Below, one piece after another: positions 1-10,755 of a stretch of DNA of 64,000 bases. This stretch comes from Aquificaceae bacterium (GTDB lineage: Bacteria > Aquificota > Aquificia > Aquificales > Aquificaceae), in the NCBI GenBank assembly GCA_037925075.1, contig JAXSNR010000002.1, forward strand, positions 657,912 to 721,911, in the 5' to 3' direction. The stretch's first letter is position 1, and each line of letters opens with the position of its first letter. Made by a program: the position numbers and the translations under genes. Below the pieces are notes generated by a model, which was given only the letters and a program-made list of their open reading frames with translations, did no database searches and had not been told where the DNA came from.

Positions 1-148
1 TCCCGGGGTCCACATTAAGGTAAGGGTCAAGCTTTTGTATGTTTACCCTAAGACCTTGTTCTTCAAGAAGAGAAGCTATGGAGGCTGACGCTACACCCTT
101 TCCCAAAGATGAAAGGACACCACCCGTTACAAAGATATAATAGGCCAT
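1..148 (-). CDS. pyrG: CTP synthase, N-terminal part (runs off window start)
   Basis: Manual translation from ATG at 148: [49 protein letters not shown], the PyrG N-terminal signature; not in ORF track. Confidence 0.95.
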   Translation of the reverse strand, partial: MAYYIFVTGGVLSSLGKGVASASIASLLEEQGLRVNIQKLDPYLNVDPG

Positions 149-157
149 GTATGGATA

Positions 158-892
158 TTATAAAATAGGAATGTATCTCCTTACCTTTTCCACCTCTTCT
201 AAGCTTACCTCCACCTGAAGAAGACTATCTCCCTTCTCCGAAAAGGCAAGTATTTCACCCCAAGGTCCGTATATGGCGGAACAACCCGCATACTCTTCAT
301 CCCCAACCTCACCCCATGCATTAGAAAGCATAAGAAAACACTGATTTTCTATAGCCCGTGTCCTTGAGAGCACTCTTAAATGTTCTTTTCTTTTGTTGCC
401 CCACATGGCGGGAACAATAAGAATCTGTGCGTTTCTTAAACTCCATGAAAGCTCTGGAAATCTCAGCTCAAAACATATAAGAAGACCAACCTTTGCTTGG
501 GATGTTTCAAAGACTGGGTTTTTAGTGCCCGGCAGAAAATACCTTGGCTCTTCGTAGAGAGGGAAGAGTTTTATCTTATGCCTTTTGCCCACCACACTAC
601 CCCTATCTACCACTACCGCGGAATTGTGTATACCCTTATCACCCTTTATAGGGTAGGTACCTACAATGGTTAAGTTCTTGTCTTTGGATATCTTTATAAC
701 TTCTTTTAAGACATCCTCTGTGGCTTGTGCGTGCCTTTCCATGTTTTCGTAGTCAAAGCCACACTGCCACATTTCTGGCAATGCCACTATAGAACCTTCT
801 CTAACATGGGAAAGCATTTCCATAACCTTCTTTAGATTTTCTTCAACCTTTCCAAAAAGGGGCTTGAACTGTATAACCGCAAGGTTAAGCAT
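158..892 (-). CDS. Nitrilase-family carbon-nitrogen hydrolase
   Basis: Catalytic E-K-C triad motifs LPE, HKIKLF, ICFELRFPE; RAIENQ. Confidence 0.9.
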   Translation of the reverse strand: MLNLAVIQFKPLFGKVEENLKKVMEMLSHVREGSIVALPEMWQCGFDYENMERHAQATEDVLKEVIKISKDKNLTIVGTYPIKGDKGIHNSAVVVDRGSVVGKRHKIKLFPLYEEPRYFLPGTKNPVFETSQAKVGLLICFELRFPELSWSLRNAQILIVPAMWGNKRKEHLRVLSRTRAIENQCFLMLSNAWGEVGDEEYAGCSAIYGPWGEILAFSEKGDSLLQVEVSLEEVEKVRRYIPIL

Positions 893-918
893 AGATTTAT
901 GTTAACATTTTTAGAACC

Positions 919-2976
919 ATGGAAAGGTTTTTCCCTTTCCTTAGATGGCTGAGGGGTTACGACAGAAAGACCTTTACCTCTGACTTTCTTGCGGGGCTTA
1001 CCGTTGCGGTGGTTTTAGTCCCACAATCTATGGCTTACGCTTTGATAGCCGGTCTTCCACCGGTCTATGGCTTATATGCTGCTTCCATCCCTGTGATAAT
1101 CGCAGCCCTTTTTGGAAGCTCTCCTCAGCTTGCCACAGGTCCTGTTGCCATAGTATCCTTTCTGACCTTTGTATCTCTTACAAGCTACGCCAGGCCGGGA
1201 GAGGAAAAATTTATAGAGCTTGCCATACTTATGGCTTTTCTTGTGGGCATTATACAGCTCTTAATAGGTGTCTTTAGGCTTGGTTTTTTGATAAACTTCG
1301 TTTCACATTCTGTGATAATAGGCTTTACCAACGCAGCGGCAATTATAATAATCACCACCCAGATACCCGCAGTTTTGGGTATAAAGGTAGAACAAAAGGA
1401 ACTCATATTCCAAAACATCTACGAAATAGTAAAAGCCATACACCAAACAAATCTTTACACCCTTGCAGTGGGCTTGGTTTCCATAGCCTTGATAGTTGGA
1501 CTAAGAAAGATAAACAGGAACTTTCCATCCGCCTTGCTTACCGTAGCACTTTTTACTGGTCTTTCTTACCTTCTTAGCTTTGAAAGCTATGGCATTAAGG
1601 TGGTCGGAAGCATACCCCAGGGGCTTCCATTTCCATCTTTGCCTTCTGTGGACTGGGACCTTCTTGACAGACTGCTGGGCAAAGCCTTCATCATCGCCTT
1701 AGTGGGCTTTATGGAAGCCTACGCCATAGCCAAGTTTATAGCAAGCCAAACAAAGCAAAAAATAGACGTAAACCAAGAGCTTATAGGTCAAGGGCTTGCC
1801 AACCTTGTGGGTTCCTTCTTTAGGGGCTATCCCGTCAGTGGTTCCTTTTCTCGTTCTGCGGTGAATTTTCAAGCGGGAGCAAAAACTGGCATGTCAAACA
1901 TAGTAAGTGCCTGTTTTGTGCTAGCCACCATATTTTTCGTTGCACCGGTGCTTTACTACCTTCCAAGGGCTGTGCTTTCTGCGGTGGTTATAACCGCGGT
2001 TTTAAGCCTGATAAAACCTTACTATTTTGTACATCTTTGGAAAACTAACAGGTACGACGGAATATCAGCCATAACAACCTTTGCCCTATCTTTTATAATG
2101 AAGCCAGACTATGCCATCTTCATAGGCATGTTCTTGTCCCTTTCCCTCTTTCTTTGGAGGAGCCTCCATCCAAGGATTGTAAGAATGTCCAGAGACCCTG
2201 TTAGTAAAACCTTTGTGAACGCGGAGAGCAACAACCTTCCCACCTGTCCACAGATGGAAATGGTAAGACCTGAGGCATCCTTCTACTACGCCAACACGGA
2301 GAACATCCTTGAGGAAATAAAGGCTATACTAGACCAAAAGCCAGCTTTAAAACACCTGGTGATAGACTGTGAGTCTGTGAACTACATGGATGGTACAGCC
2401 CTTGATGCCCTCACCGATTTTCTTGAAGATATAAAAAAGAGGGGTGTTAATCTTGTACTTGTCAACGCAAAAGCTCCCGTTAAAGATTCCATGAGAAGAT
2501 CGGGCTTTCTTGAAAAACTGGGTGAAGAAAACCTTCTACCTTCCAAAGGCCATGCGGTTGGAGAGCTTTTCAAGACTATAGACCATGAATACTGTAAAAA
2601 GGTTTGCCCTTATGCGGTCTTTGAGGAATGCTATACGGTAAAGGAATACGTGAAGTTTGAGCCCGCAGAGAATCCCATTAGGGAAATATACGAAAGATTT
2701 TCTCTTTATGAAGATATGGATGTATACGCAGGAAGAGCATACAAGAACCTTATCCTTAGGTCAAAAGGCAAGGAGATAGACCTTAAGGCTGAGGACTTTT
2801 ACACAGATGGAAAGGATCTTTATGTGCCTGCCACAAAGCTTATAAGTCTTAACGGTGAATTGGTTTCTTTTGGTGGGTTGTGTAGTAAAAAGGAATGTGA
2901 GATGAAAAACGGTTTTGTTTATCTTGGAAGTAATCCTGAGCAGGTGGTGGAAAAACTCTTGAACATCCTAAAATAA
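919..2976 (+). CDS. SulP/SLC26 anion (sulfate/bicarbonate) transporter with STAS domain and C-terminal extension
   Basis: PQSMAYA..AGLPPVYGLY, GSFSRSAVN, STAS segment DCESVNYMDGTAL. Confidence 0.92.
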   Translation: MERFFPFLRWLRGYDRKTFTSDFLAGLTVAVVLVPQSMAYALIAGLPPVYGLYAASIPVIIAALFGSSPQLATGPVAIVSFLTFVSLTSYARPGEEKFIELAILMAFLVGIIQLLIGVFRLGFLINFVSHSVIIGFTNAAAIIIITTQIPAVLGIKVEQKELIFQNIYEIVKAIHQTNLYTLAVGLVSIALIVGLRKINRNFPSALLTVALFTGLSYLLSFESYGIKVVGSIPQGLPFPSLPSVDWDLLDRLLGKAFIIALVGFMEAYAIAKFIASQTKQKIDVNQELIGQGLANLVGSFFRGYPVSGSFSRSAVNFQAGAKTGMSNIVSACFVLATIFFVAPVLYYLPRAVLSAVVITAVLSLIKPYYFVHLWKTNRYDGISAITTFALSFIMKPDYAIFIGMFLSLSLFLWRSLHPRIVRMSRDPVSKTFVNAESNNLPTCPQMEMVRPEASFYYANTENILEEIKAILDQKPALKHLVIDCESVNYMDGTALDALTDFLEDIKKRGVNLVLVNAKAPVKDSMRRSGFLEKLGEENLLPSKGHAVGELFKTIDHEYCKKVCPYAVFEECYTVKEYVKFEPAENPIREIYERFSLYEDMDVYAGRAYKNLILRSKGKEIDLKAEDFYTDGKDLYVPATKLISLNGELVSFGGLCSKKECEMKNGFVYLGSNPEQVVEKLLNILK

Positions 2977-3001
2977 AAAGCCCCCTTGCGGGGGCGCTTT
3001 T

Positions 3002-3002
<1 letters not shown>
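2975..3002. terminator. Bidirectional intrinsic terminator between convergent sulP and groEL
   Basis: AAAAA-GCCCCC-TTGC-GGGGGC-GC-TTTTT hairpin with A/T tracts on both sides. Confidence 0.8.
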
Positions 3003-4663
<1,661 letters not shown>

Positions 4664-4957
4664 TTATTCGACTATTGCAAGCACTTCGTCTTCTGACATA
4701 ATAAGGAACTTTTCTCCATCAAGCTCCACCTCGGTGCCCGCATACTTGTTAAAGACCACCTTGTCTCCGGGCTTTACCTTAGGTGGAACCTGCTGGCCGT
4801 TTTGTAGGAGCTTTCCTTCTCCCACCGCCACCACTTCTCCCATTTGGGGCTTTTCTTTGGCGGTGTCTGGTATAATGATGCCAGAGGCTGTTCTTTGTTC
4901 TTGCTCTTCAAACCTTTTGACCACAATCTTGTCATAAAGGGGCCTGAGCTTTGCCAT
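4664..4957 (-). CDS. groS: Co-chaperonin GroES
   Basis: [33 protein letters not shown] upstream. Confidence 0.99.
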   Translation of the reverse strand: MAKLRPLYDKIVVKRFEEQEQRTASGIIIPDTAKEKPQMGEVVAVGEGKLLQNGQQVPPKVKPGDKVVFNKYAGTEVELDGEKFLIMSEDEVLAIVE

Positions 4958-4994
4958 GTTTCACCTCCTTCTAAGGAATTTTTACAGACAGAAT

Positions 4995-5023
4995 ATTATA
5001 TTAACATCGGGAGTGTTTGTCAA
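4995..5023 (-). promoter_or_regulatory. Consensus sigma70 promoter of groESL
   Basis: Minus strand TTGACA (5023-5018), 17 bp spacer, TATAAT (5000-4995). Confidence 0.85.
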
Positions 5024-5131
5024 GAGTCTTTTTGAAACATTTTTAGTATAACATACTGAGATTTATTTAGTAGCATTAGTTAATAAAAGTGGGTTGCAGG
5101 CTGTCCGCCGTATGGACTATCATATATAAGC

Positions 5132-5944
5132 ATGTTGAGGCTTTTATCTCCCGCAAAGCTTAACCTTGGCCTATGGCTTCTTGGGAAAAGACCTGATGGG
5201 TACCATGAGATCTTTACCTTATATCAGGCTATAAACCTTTTTGATGAGGTATCTATTGAAGAAGGAAACCTAAACGTTCAGACTAGTACGGGCATACCCA
5301 TGGAAGAAAACCTCGTTTATAAAGCCCTCAAAGCAATGGAGAAGCTTCTTGGAAGAGAGCTTAACTTTAAGATCTTTATTCAGAAGAACATACCGGAAGG
5401 CGGAGGGCTTGGAGGTGGGTCTTCAAACGTGGCAACGGTTTTAAAGGCTATAAACCAATTGCTTGACATTCCGCTCAGTGAAGAAGACTTACAGAACATA
5501 GCAAGTAAAGTATCCTCCGACGCACCCTTTTTCCTTATGGGAAGCTCGGCCATAGGGAGGGGTAGGGGTGAAATACTCCAGAGGGTTGAACTGCCTAAGA
5601 TGGTCTTTACTCTAATACATCCGGGTGTTAAGGCTTCAACCGCATATGTTTACCGCATGGTAAGGAAGGAGATGTTGACAGATAAAATAGAGAGTGATAA
5701 AATAATAGATTGCCTGAGGGCTGGAGACTTTAGCGTGCTCCAGAACAGGCTGGGTGAGCTGGCTGGAGAGCTTTACCCAGAGGTGGGTGAGGTGCTCAGG
5801 TTTTTGAGAGATCTGGGCAAGTTAGCCCTTGTAAGTGGTAGTGGCTCCAGCGTCTTTTATGTGGGCGAGCCCACCCAAGAGGTGACGCTTGCTTGCAAGA
5901 CAAGAGGCTGGAGGCTTTACAGAGTGGAAAGTTATGGGGTGTAG
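5132..5944 (+). CDS. ispE: 4-diphosphocytidyl-2-C-methyl-D-erythritol kinase
   Basis: PAKLNLGL..GKRPDGYHEI, GGGLGGGSSN, SGSGSS; upstream of tRNA-Gln/prs. Confidence 0.97.
   Translation: MLRLLSPAKLNLGLWLLGKRPDGYHEIFTLYQAINLFDEVSIEEGNLNVQTSTGIPMEENLVYKALKAMEKLLGRELNFKIFIQKNIPEGGGLGGGSSNVATVLKAINQLLDIPLSEEDLQNIASKVSSDAPFFLMGSSAIGRGRGEILQRVELPKMVFTLIHPGVKASTAYVYRMVRKEMLTDKIESDKIIDCLRAGDFSVLQNRLGELAGELYPEVGEVLRFLRDLGKLALVSGSGSSVFYVGEPTQEVTLACKTRGWRLYRVESYGV
5675..5703 (+). promoter_or_regulatory. Internal sigma70 promoter in ispE, probably driving tRNA-Gln-prs-rplY-pth
   Basis: TTGACA (5675-5680), 17 bp spacer, TAAAAT (5698-5703), with extended -10 TG at 5695-5696. Confidence 0.7.
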
Positions 5945-6007
5945 CTCAACTGGCAGAGCACCGGACTTTGGATCCGGGGGCTCCTGGTTCGAATCCAGGC
6001 ACCCCAG
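5935..6007 (+). tRNA. tRNA-Gln (anticodon TTG), CCA not encoded
   Basis: Acceptor stem TGGGGTG/CACCCCA, D arm GCTC..GAGC, anticodon arm CCGGA-CTTTGGA-TCCGG, T loop GTTCGAATC; U1-A72 pair. Confidence 0.96.
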
Positions 6008-6034
6008 CTTTTCACACATTAAAAGAGGTGCGAG

Positions 6035-6970
6035 ATGTTTGGCTCCATAAAACTCTTGACAGGTACAAGCAACCCAAAGCTGGCACAAGAGGTTTCTGAA
6101 TACCTTGGCATACCCCTCTCTGATGTGGTGGTGGGGCGATTCAGCGATGGAGAGGTAAGGGTAAAAATAAACGAATCCATGAGAGGGGAGGATGTGTTTG
6201 TAATACAGTCTCTTGGATATCCAGTGAACGAGAGTATAATGGAACTTCTACTTATGCTTGATGCTCTCAAAAGGGCTTCCGCAGGAAGGATAACCGCAGT
6301 AATTCCCTACTACGCTTACGCGAGGCAGGACAGAAAGGACAAGCCAAGGGTTCCCATAAGTGCTAGGCTTTTAGCAGACCTTATAACAGTTGCGGGGGCT
6401 CAGAGACTCATAATAGTGGACCTACACTCTCCCCAGATTCAGGGCTTTTTTAACATACCTGTGGATAACCTGTACGCCCTAAACGTGCTTTATGAATACA
6501 TAAAGAGTAGAGTAGATGAGGATGTAGTGGTGGTTTCGCCAGATGCAGGTGGAGTAGAAAGGGCAAGGCTCCTTGCCAACAAATTGGGCTGTGGTATTGC
6601 CATCATATACAAAAGAAGGCCAGAGCCAAACGTGGCGGAGGTGCTTGACATAATAGGTGATGTAAAAGGCAAAAAGGCCATAATAGTGGATGACATCATA
6701 GATACCGCAGGTACAGTGGTTGCTGCAACCAACATGTTAATCTCAAAGGGTGCAAAAGGTGTTTTGGTGGCGGCAACCCATGGCATCTTTTCAGGTCCAG
6801 CAATAGACAGGCTTAGAGAGTCACCTGTGGAAGAAGTTATAGTGACCAACAGCCTTAACATGGAAGGTAAGCCTCTTGAAAAGCTCAAGGTAGTTTCTGT
6901 GGCTCCACTTATAGCGGAAGCCATAAAGCGCGCCCATGAAGGTGAATCTATAAGCTCACTTTTTGTATAA
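6035..6970 (+). CDS. prs: Ribose-phosphate pyrophosphokinase
   Basis: FSDGE, YYAYARQDRK, DLHSPQIQGFF, VDDIIDTAGT. Confidence 0.98.
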   Translation: MFGSIKLLTGTSNPKLAQEVSEYLGIPLSDVVVGRFSDGEVRVKINESMRGEDVFVIQSLGYPVNESIMELLLMLDALKRASAGRITAVIPYYAYARQDRKDKPRVPISARLLADLITVAGAQRLIIVDLHSPQIQGFFNIPVDNLYALNVLYEYIKSRVDEDVVVVSPDAGGVERARLLANKLGCGIAIIYKRRPEPNVAEVLDIIGDVKGKKAIIVDDIIDTAGTVVAATNMLISKGAKGVLVAATHGIFSGPAIDRLRESPVEEVIVTNSLNMEGKPLEKLKVVSVAPLIAEAIKRAHEGESISSLFV

Positions 6971-6981
6971 AGGAGGTAAGT

Positions 6982-7551
6982 ATGAAAAGGGTTAGCGTAA
7001 AGTTAGTACCTAGGATCATAGGCAAAAAGAGCGAAATAAAGAAGTTCAGAAGGGAAGGCTACGTGCCGGTAGAGGTCTACGGCAAAGATGTGGAAAATAT
7101 GCACGCCTACATAAGCACAAAAGACCTGAAAGCCTTCCCAAAGGGTGAAACCTTCCTCATTGAAGCGGAGATAGATGGAGAAAGAAGGCTCTGTATTCTC
7201 AAAGAAATTCAGACAGGTTGGCTTGGGGATAACCCCATACATGTAGATTTCAATGACATAACCCACGTGAGGGAGCTTGAGTTAGAAGTGCCTATTGAAT
7301 TTGTGGGTGTGCCCGCAGGCGTGGGTCTGGGTGGAACCTTTGAACCTCTTATGCATAGCCTTACTGTCAAGGCAAGTGTAGACAAATTGCCTGATAAGAT
7401 AACCGTTGATGTAAGCAACTTAGGACTTGGGGATGCCCTTCACGTGAGAGACATTGCCCCACCAGAGGGTTGCATAATAATGGACTCTCCAGAGGAAACT
7501 GTAGCGGTTGTGCTTGAGCCTGAAACGGAGGAAACTACACCCACTGAATGA
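6982..7551 (+). CDS. rplY: 50S ribosomal protein L25/Ctc
   Basis: RREGYVPVEVYG, HVDF, long Ctc-type C-domain; prs-rplY-pth synteny. Confidence 0.93.
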   Translation: MKRVSVKLVPRIIGKKSEIKKFRREGYVPVEVYGKDVENMHAYISTKDLKAFPKGETFLIEAEIDGERRLCILKEIQTGWLGDNPIHVDFNDITHVRELELEVPIEFVGVPAGVGLGGTFEPLMHSLTVKASVDKLPDKITVDVSNLGLGDALHVRDIAPPEGCIIMDSPEETVAVVLEPETEETTPTE

Positions 7552-8117
7552 TAAGGCTTCTTGTAGGTCTTGGTAATCCGGGTAAAAAGTACGCAAAGAC
7601 ACGCCATAATGTGGGCTTTATGGTTGTGGATGAGTTTCTCAGAAAATTGAGAGTTCAGGACTACTCGGAGGAATGCCTTTCCCATCTCTACAGGTTAAAG
7701 ATTGAGGGAAGGGAGGTGCTCGTGGCAAAGCCACAAACCTACATGAACAACTCAGGGCTTGCGGTTGTTAACCTTCTTGAAGAATACCACATAAGTCCGG
7801 AGGAGATTTTGGTTATTTACGATGACTTGGACCTTCCCCTTGGGAGGCTACGGCTAAGAGCGGAAGGAAGTAGTGGAGGCCATCATGGTATGGAATCAAT
7901 AATAAGGGAGATAAAGACGGAAAAGTTTCCAAGGCTAAGGGTGGGCATAGGCAGGCCAAGGGATAAGGACAAGGTTGTGGATTACGTGCTTTCTCCATTT
8001 AATGAAGAGGAAGGTCCGGTGCTTGCAAAGGTGCTAAAAAGGGCAAGCGAGTGCCTGTTGAGATGCATAGAGTATGGCATAGAAGAAAGTATGAACTTTT
8101 GCAACGCTCCTGTGTAA
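7548..8117 (+). CDS. pth: Peptidyl-tRNA hydrolase
   Basis: VGLGNPGKKYAKTRHNVGF, KPQTYMNNSG, GGHHG. Confidence 0.98.
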   Translation: MIRLLVGLGNPGKKYAKTRHNVGFMVVDEFLRKLRVQDYSEECLSHLYRLKIEGREVLVAKPQTYMNNSGLAVVNLLEEYHISPEEILVIYDDLDLPLGRLRLRAEGSSGGHHGMESIIREIKTEKFPRLRVGIGRPRDKDKVVDYVLSPFNEEEGPVLAKVLKRASECLLRCIEYGIEESMNFCNAPV

Positions 8118-8138
8118 AATAAAAAAGGAGGTGCAAAG

Positions 8139-8663
8139 ATGAATTTGAAAAACATTCCTCCCGGTAAAAACCCACCAGAGGACATTTACGTAGTTGTTGA
8201 AATACCCCAAGACAGCCCCATAAAGTACGAGCTTGACAAGGAAAGCGGTGCGGTCTTTGTGGATAGGTTCCTTTTTACCGCCATGCACTACCCTTTTAAC
8301 TACGGCTTTATACCCCAGACCCTTGCGGACGATGGAGACCCGGTGGATGTGTTGGTGATATCGCGCTATCCTGTGGTGCCCGGTAGCGTAATGAGGTGCA
8401 GACCCATAGGTGCATTGCAGATGAGGGACGAAGAAGGTGTAGATACAAAGCTTTTGGCGGTACCACACAGCAAGTTAGACCCTACTTATGATCCCATAAA
8501 GTCCTTTGAAGACCTACCAGAAATAACCCTAAACAGGATAAAGCACTTCTTTGAACACTACAAGGAGCTTGAACCCGGCAAATGGGTAAAAGTGGAAGAC
8601 TTTAAGGGTTTAGACTTTGCTTATGAGGAGATAAGGAAGGGCATTGAAAACTACAAGAAGTGA
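8139..8663 (+). CDS. ppa: Inorganic pyrophosphatase (family I)
   Basis: [21 protein letters not shown]. Confidence 0.98.
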   Translation: MNLKNIPPGKNPPEDIYVVVEIPQDSPIKYELDKESGAVFVDRFLFTAMHYPFNYGFIPQTLADDGDPVDVLVISRYPVVPGSVMRCRPIGALQMRDEEGVDTKLLAVPHSKLDPTYDPIKSFEDLPEITLNRIKHFFEHYKELEPGKWVKVEDFKGLDFAYEEIRKGIENYKK

Positions 8664-9625
8664 TGGATGATATCCTAAAAAAGGCAAGAAGGGTCTTTGA
8701 AATAGAGATAGAGGCTCTAAAAAAGCTTAGAGATAACCTTGATGAGAACTTTGTAAGGGCTATAGAGCTGATACTTAACTGTAAAGGCAAGGTTATTACC
8801 ACTGGCGTTGGTAAATCTGGACATATAGCAAGAAAAGTGGCATCAACCCTTTCCAGCACTGGCACACCTGCTCACTTTTTACATCCCGCGGAAGCCCTAC
8901 ACGGAGACCTTGGAGTTATAGACTCTGGAGATGTGGTGCTTGCCCTTTCAAACAGCGGTGAATCTCCAGAGGTAAATTCCATCATACCTTATATAAAGCT
9001 TCTAGGAGTACCCCTCATATCCATAACAAACAATCCAAACTCCACCTTAGCAAAGCATTCCGATGTGCATATATTCCTTTCTGTGGAAAAAGAAGCATGC
9101 CCTTTACAGCTTGCACCTACGAGCTCTTCCACCGCATCCCTTGTGCTTGGAGACGCCCTTGCCATGGTTTTATTGGAGCTAAAGGGCTTTACTGAAAAAG
9201 ACTTTGCTCTTAGACATCCGGCGGGGTCTCTCGGAAGAAAACTTAGGCAGGTGGCAGACTTGTGTCATATAGGTGAAGAGGTACCCGTGGTGAGAGAAGA
9301 CACTCCCATGAAGGAAGCCATAATTGAGATGACCAGCAAGGGCTTTGGTGCTACCGCGGTGGTGGACAAAAACAATAAACTTGTGGGCATAATAACCGAT
9401 GGCGACCTGAGGAGGTTTGTAAACAAAGGTGGAAACTTTGATACAAGCTATGCCAGAGATGTGATGACCTCAAACCCAAAGACCGCACGCATGGAGGAGC
9501 TTGCCGCTGAGGCACTCAGAAGAATGGAAGAGTATAAGATAACAGTCCTTATAGTGGTAGATGAGAACAAAACTCCTGTGGGTATAATACACATGCACGA
9601 TATACTCAAGGCGGGCATAATATGA
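8660..9625 (+). CDS. kdsD: Arabinose-5-phosphate isomerase (KpsF/GutQ family, SIS + CBS)
   Basis: [36 protein letters not shown], two CBS domains. Confidence 0.95.
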   Translation: MMDDILKKARRVFEIEIEALKKLRDNLDENFVRAIELILNCKGKVITTGVGKSGHIARKVASTLSSTGTPAHFLHPAEALHGDLGVIDSGDVVLALSNSGESPEVNSIIPYIKLLGVPLISITNNPNSTLAKHSDVHIFLSVEKEACPLQLAPTSSSTASLVLGDALAMVLLELKGFTEKDFALRHPAGSLGRKLRQVADLCHIGEEVPVVREDTPMKEAIIEMTSKGFGATAVVDKNNKLVGIITDGDLRRFVNKGGNFDTSYARDVMTSNPKTARMEELAAEALRRMEEYKITVLIVVDENKTPVGIIHMHDILKAGII

Positions 9626-10755
9626 AAAAGCTTGGAGTTTTGGGTTCTACTGGTTCTGTGGGAAGTCAAACCCTTGAGGTGGTGAAGGCATACAGAGAAG
9701 ACTTTGAGCTTGTTGGCTTACTTGCAAAAAGGGCATCGGAAAAGCTTTTACTTCAGGCAATAGAGCTAAAGCCAAGGTTTGTATCCTGCTACGAAGAGCC
9801 CTCAAAGGACTGGCTCTCAAAACTTCCAGATGGAACCACTTTTCTCAAAGGTGAAGAGGGGCTTGTTGCCATCTTGGAAGGTTCAGAGGTGGTGATGAAC
9901 GCCATATCGGGAACGGATGGCATACTGCCCACGTACCTTGTGCTTAAGGAGGGTAAAAGGCTTTTGGCTTCCAACAAGGAATCCCTTATATGTCTGAGAA
10001 ATCTTGTAAGGGAAAACAGGGAAAGAATATTGCCCGTAGACAGCGAGCACAACGCCCTTTTTCAGATAATGCTAAATCTCAAATCAGAGGAGATTAAAAA
10101 GGTCTACCTTACCGCCTCTGGAGGACCCTTTAGAGAAAAAAGCTTGGAAGAGCTAAGACATGTAAGCGTAGAAGATGCCCTCAAGCATCCCACTTGGAAA
10201 ATGGGTGCCAAGATAACCGTTGATTCTGCCACACTTATGAACAAGGGTATGGAGCTTATAGAAGCCATAAACTTCTTTGACCTTGAGGTAGAAAAGCTTG
10301 AGGTGGTCATACATCCACAAAGCGTAGTGCATGGTATCGTGGAGCTAATAGATGGTAGCTTTCTGTTCCACACCTCTCAAACGGATATGAGAATTCCCAT
10401 ACTATATAGCCTCTACTACCCAGAAAGGAAAGCCTTTCCCTTTGAGAAAAAAAGCCTTTTGGAGCTTTCTCCCATAACCTTTGAAAGGGTGGATATGGAA
10501 AAGTTCAGAAGTGTTTCACTGTGTAGGTGGGTTGCCCTTATGGGTGGTGTGTATCCTGCAGTGCTGGTAGGTGCGGATCAGATAGCGGTTGAGCTTTTCC
10601 TACAGGGGAAAATAGGCTTTTTGGACATTGTAAGCCTTGTGGAAGAGGTACTAAGCTCTGTAGACCTAAAGGAGCCAGAAAACATTGAAGAGGTGCTCTT
10701 TGCCATAGATTGGGCGTACAGAAAAGGCAAAGAACTTTTAGAGGTGGTTGGATGA
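9622..10755 (+). CDS. dxr: 1-deoxy-D-xylulose-5-phosphate reductoisomerase
   Basis: [42 protein letters not shown]. Confidence 0.98.
   Translation: MKKLGVLGSTGSVGSQTLEVVKAYREDFELVGLLAKRASEKLLLQAIELKPRFVSCYEEPSKDWLSKLPDGTTFLKGEEGLVAILEGSEVVMNAISGTDGILPTYLVLKEGKRLLASNKESLICLRNLVRENRERILPVDSEHNALFQIMLNLKSEEIKKVYLTASGGPFREKSLEELRHVSVEDALKHPTWKMGAKITVDSATLMNKGMELIEAINFFDLEVEKLEVVIHPQSVVHGIVELIDGSFLFHTSQTDMRIPILYSLYYPERKAFPFEKKSLLELSPITFERVDMEKFRSVSLCRWVALMGGVYPAVLVGADQIAVELFLQGKIGFLDIVSLVEEVLSSVDLKEPENIEEVLFAIDWAYRKGKELLEVVG

Noticed and set aside
4958..5131. CIRCE element at groESL
   Set aside because: No TTAGCACTC-N9-GAGTGCTAA; only a partial GAGTGTT half-site
5893..6099. 68-aa ORF spanning the ispE-prs gap
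   Set aside because: It runs across the tRNA-Gln gene
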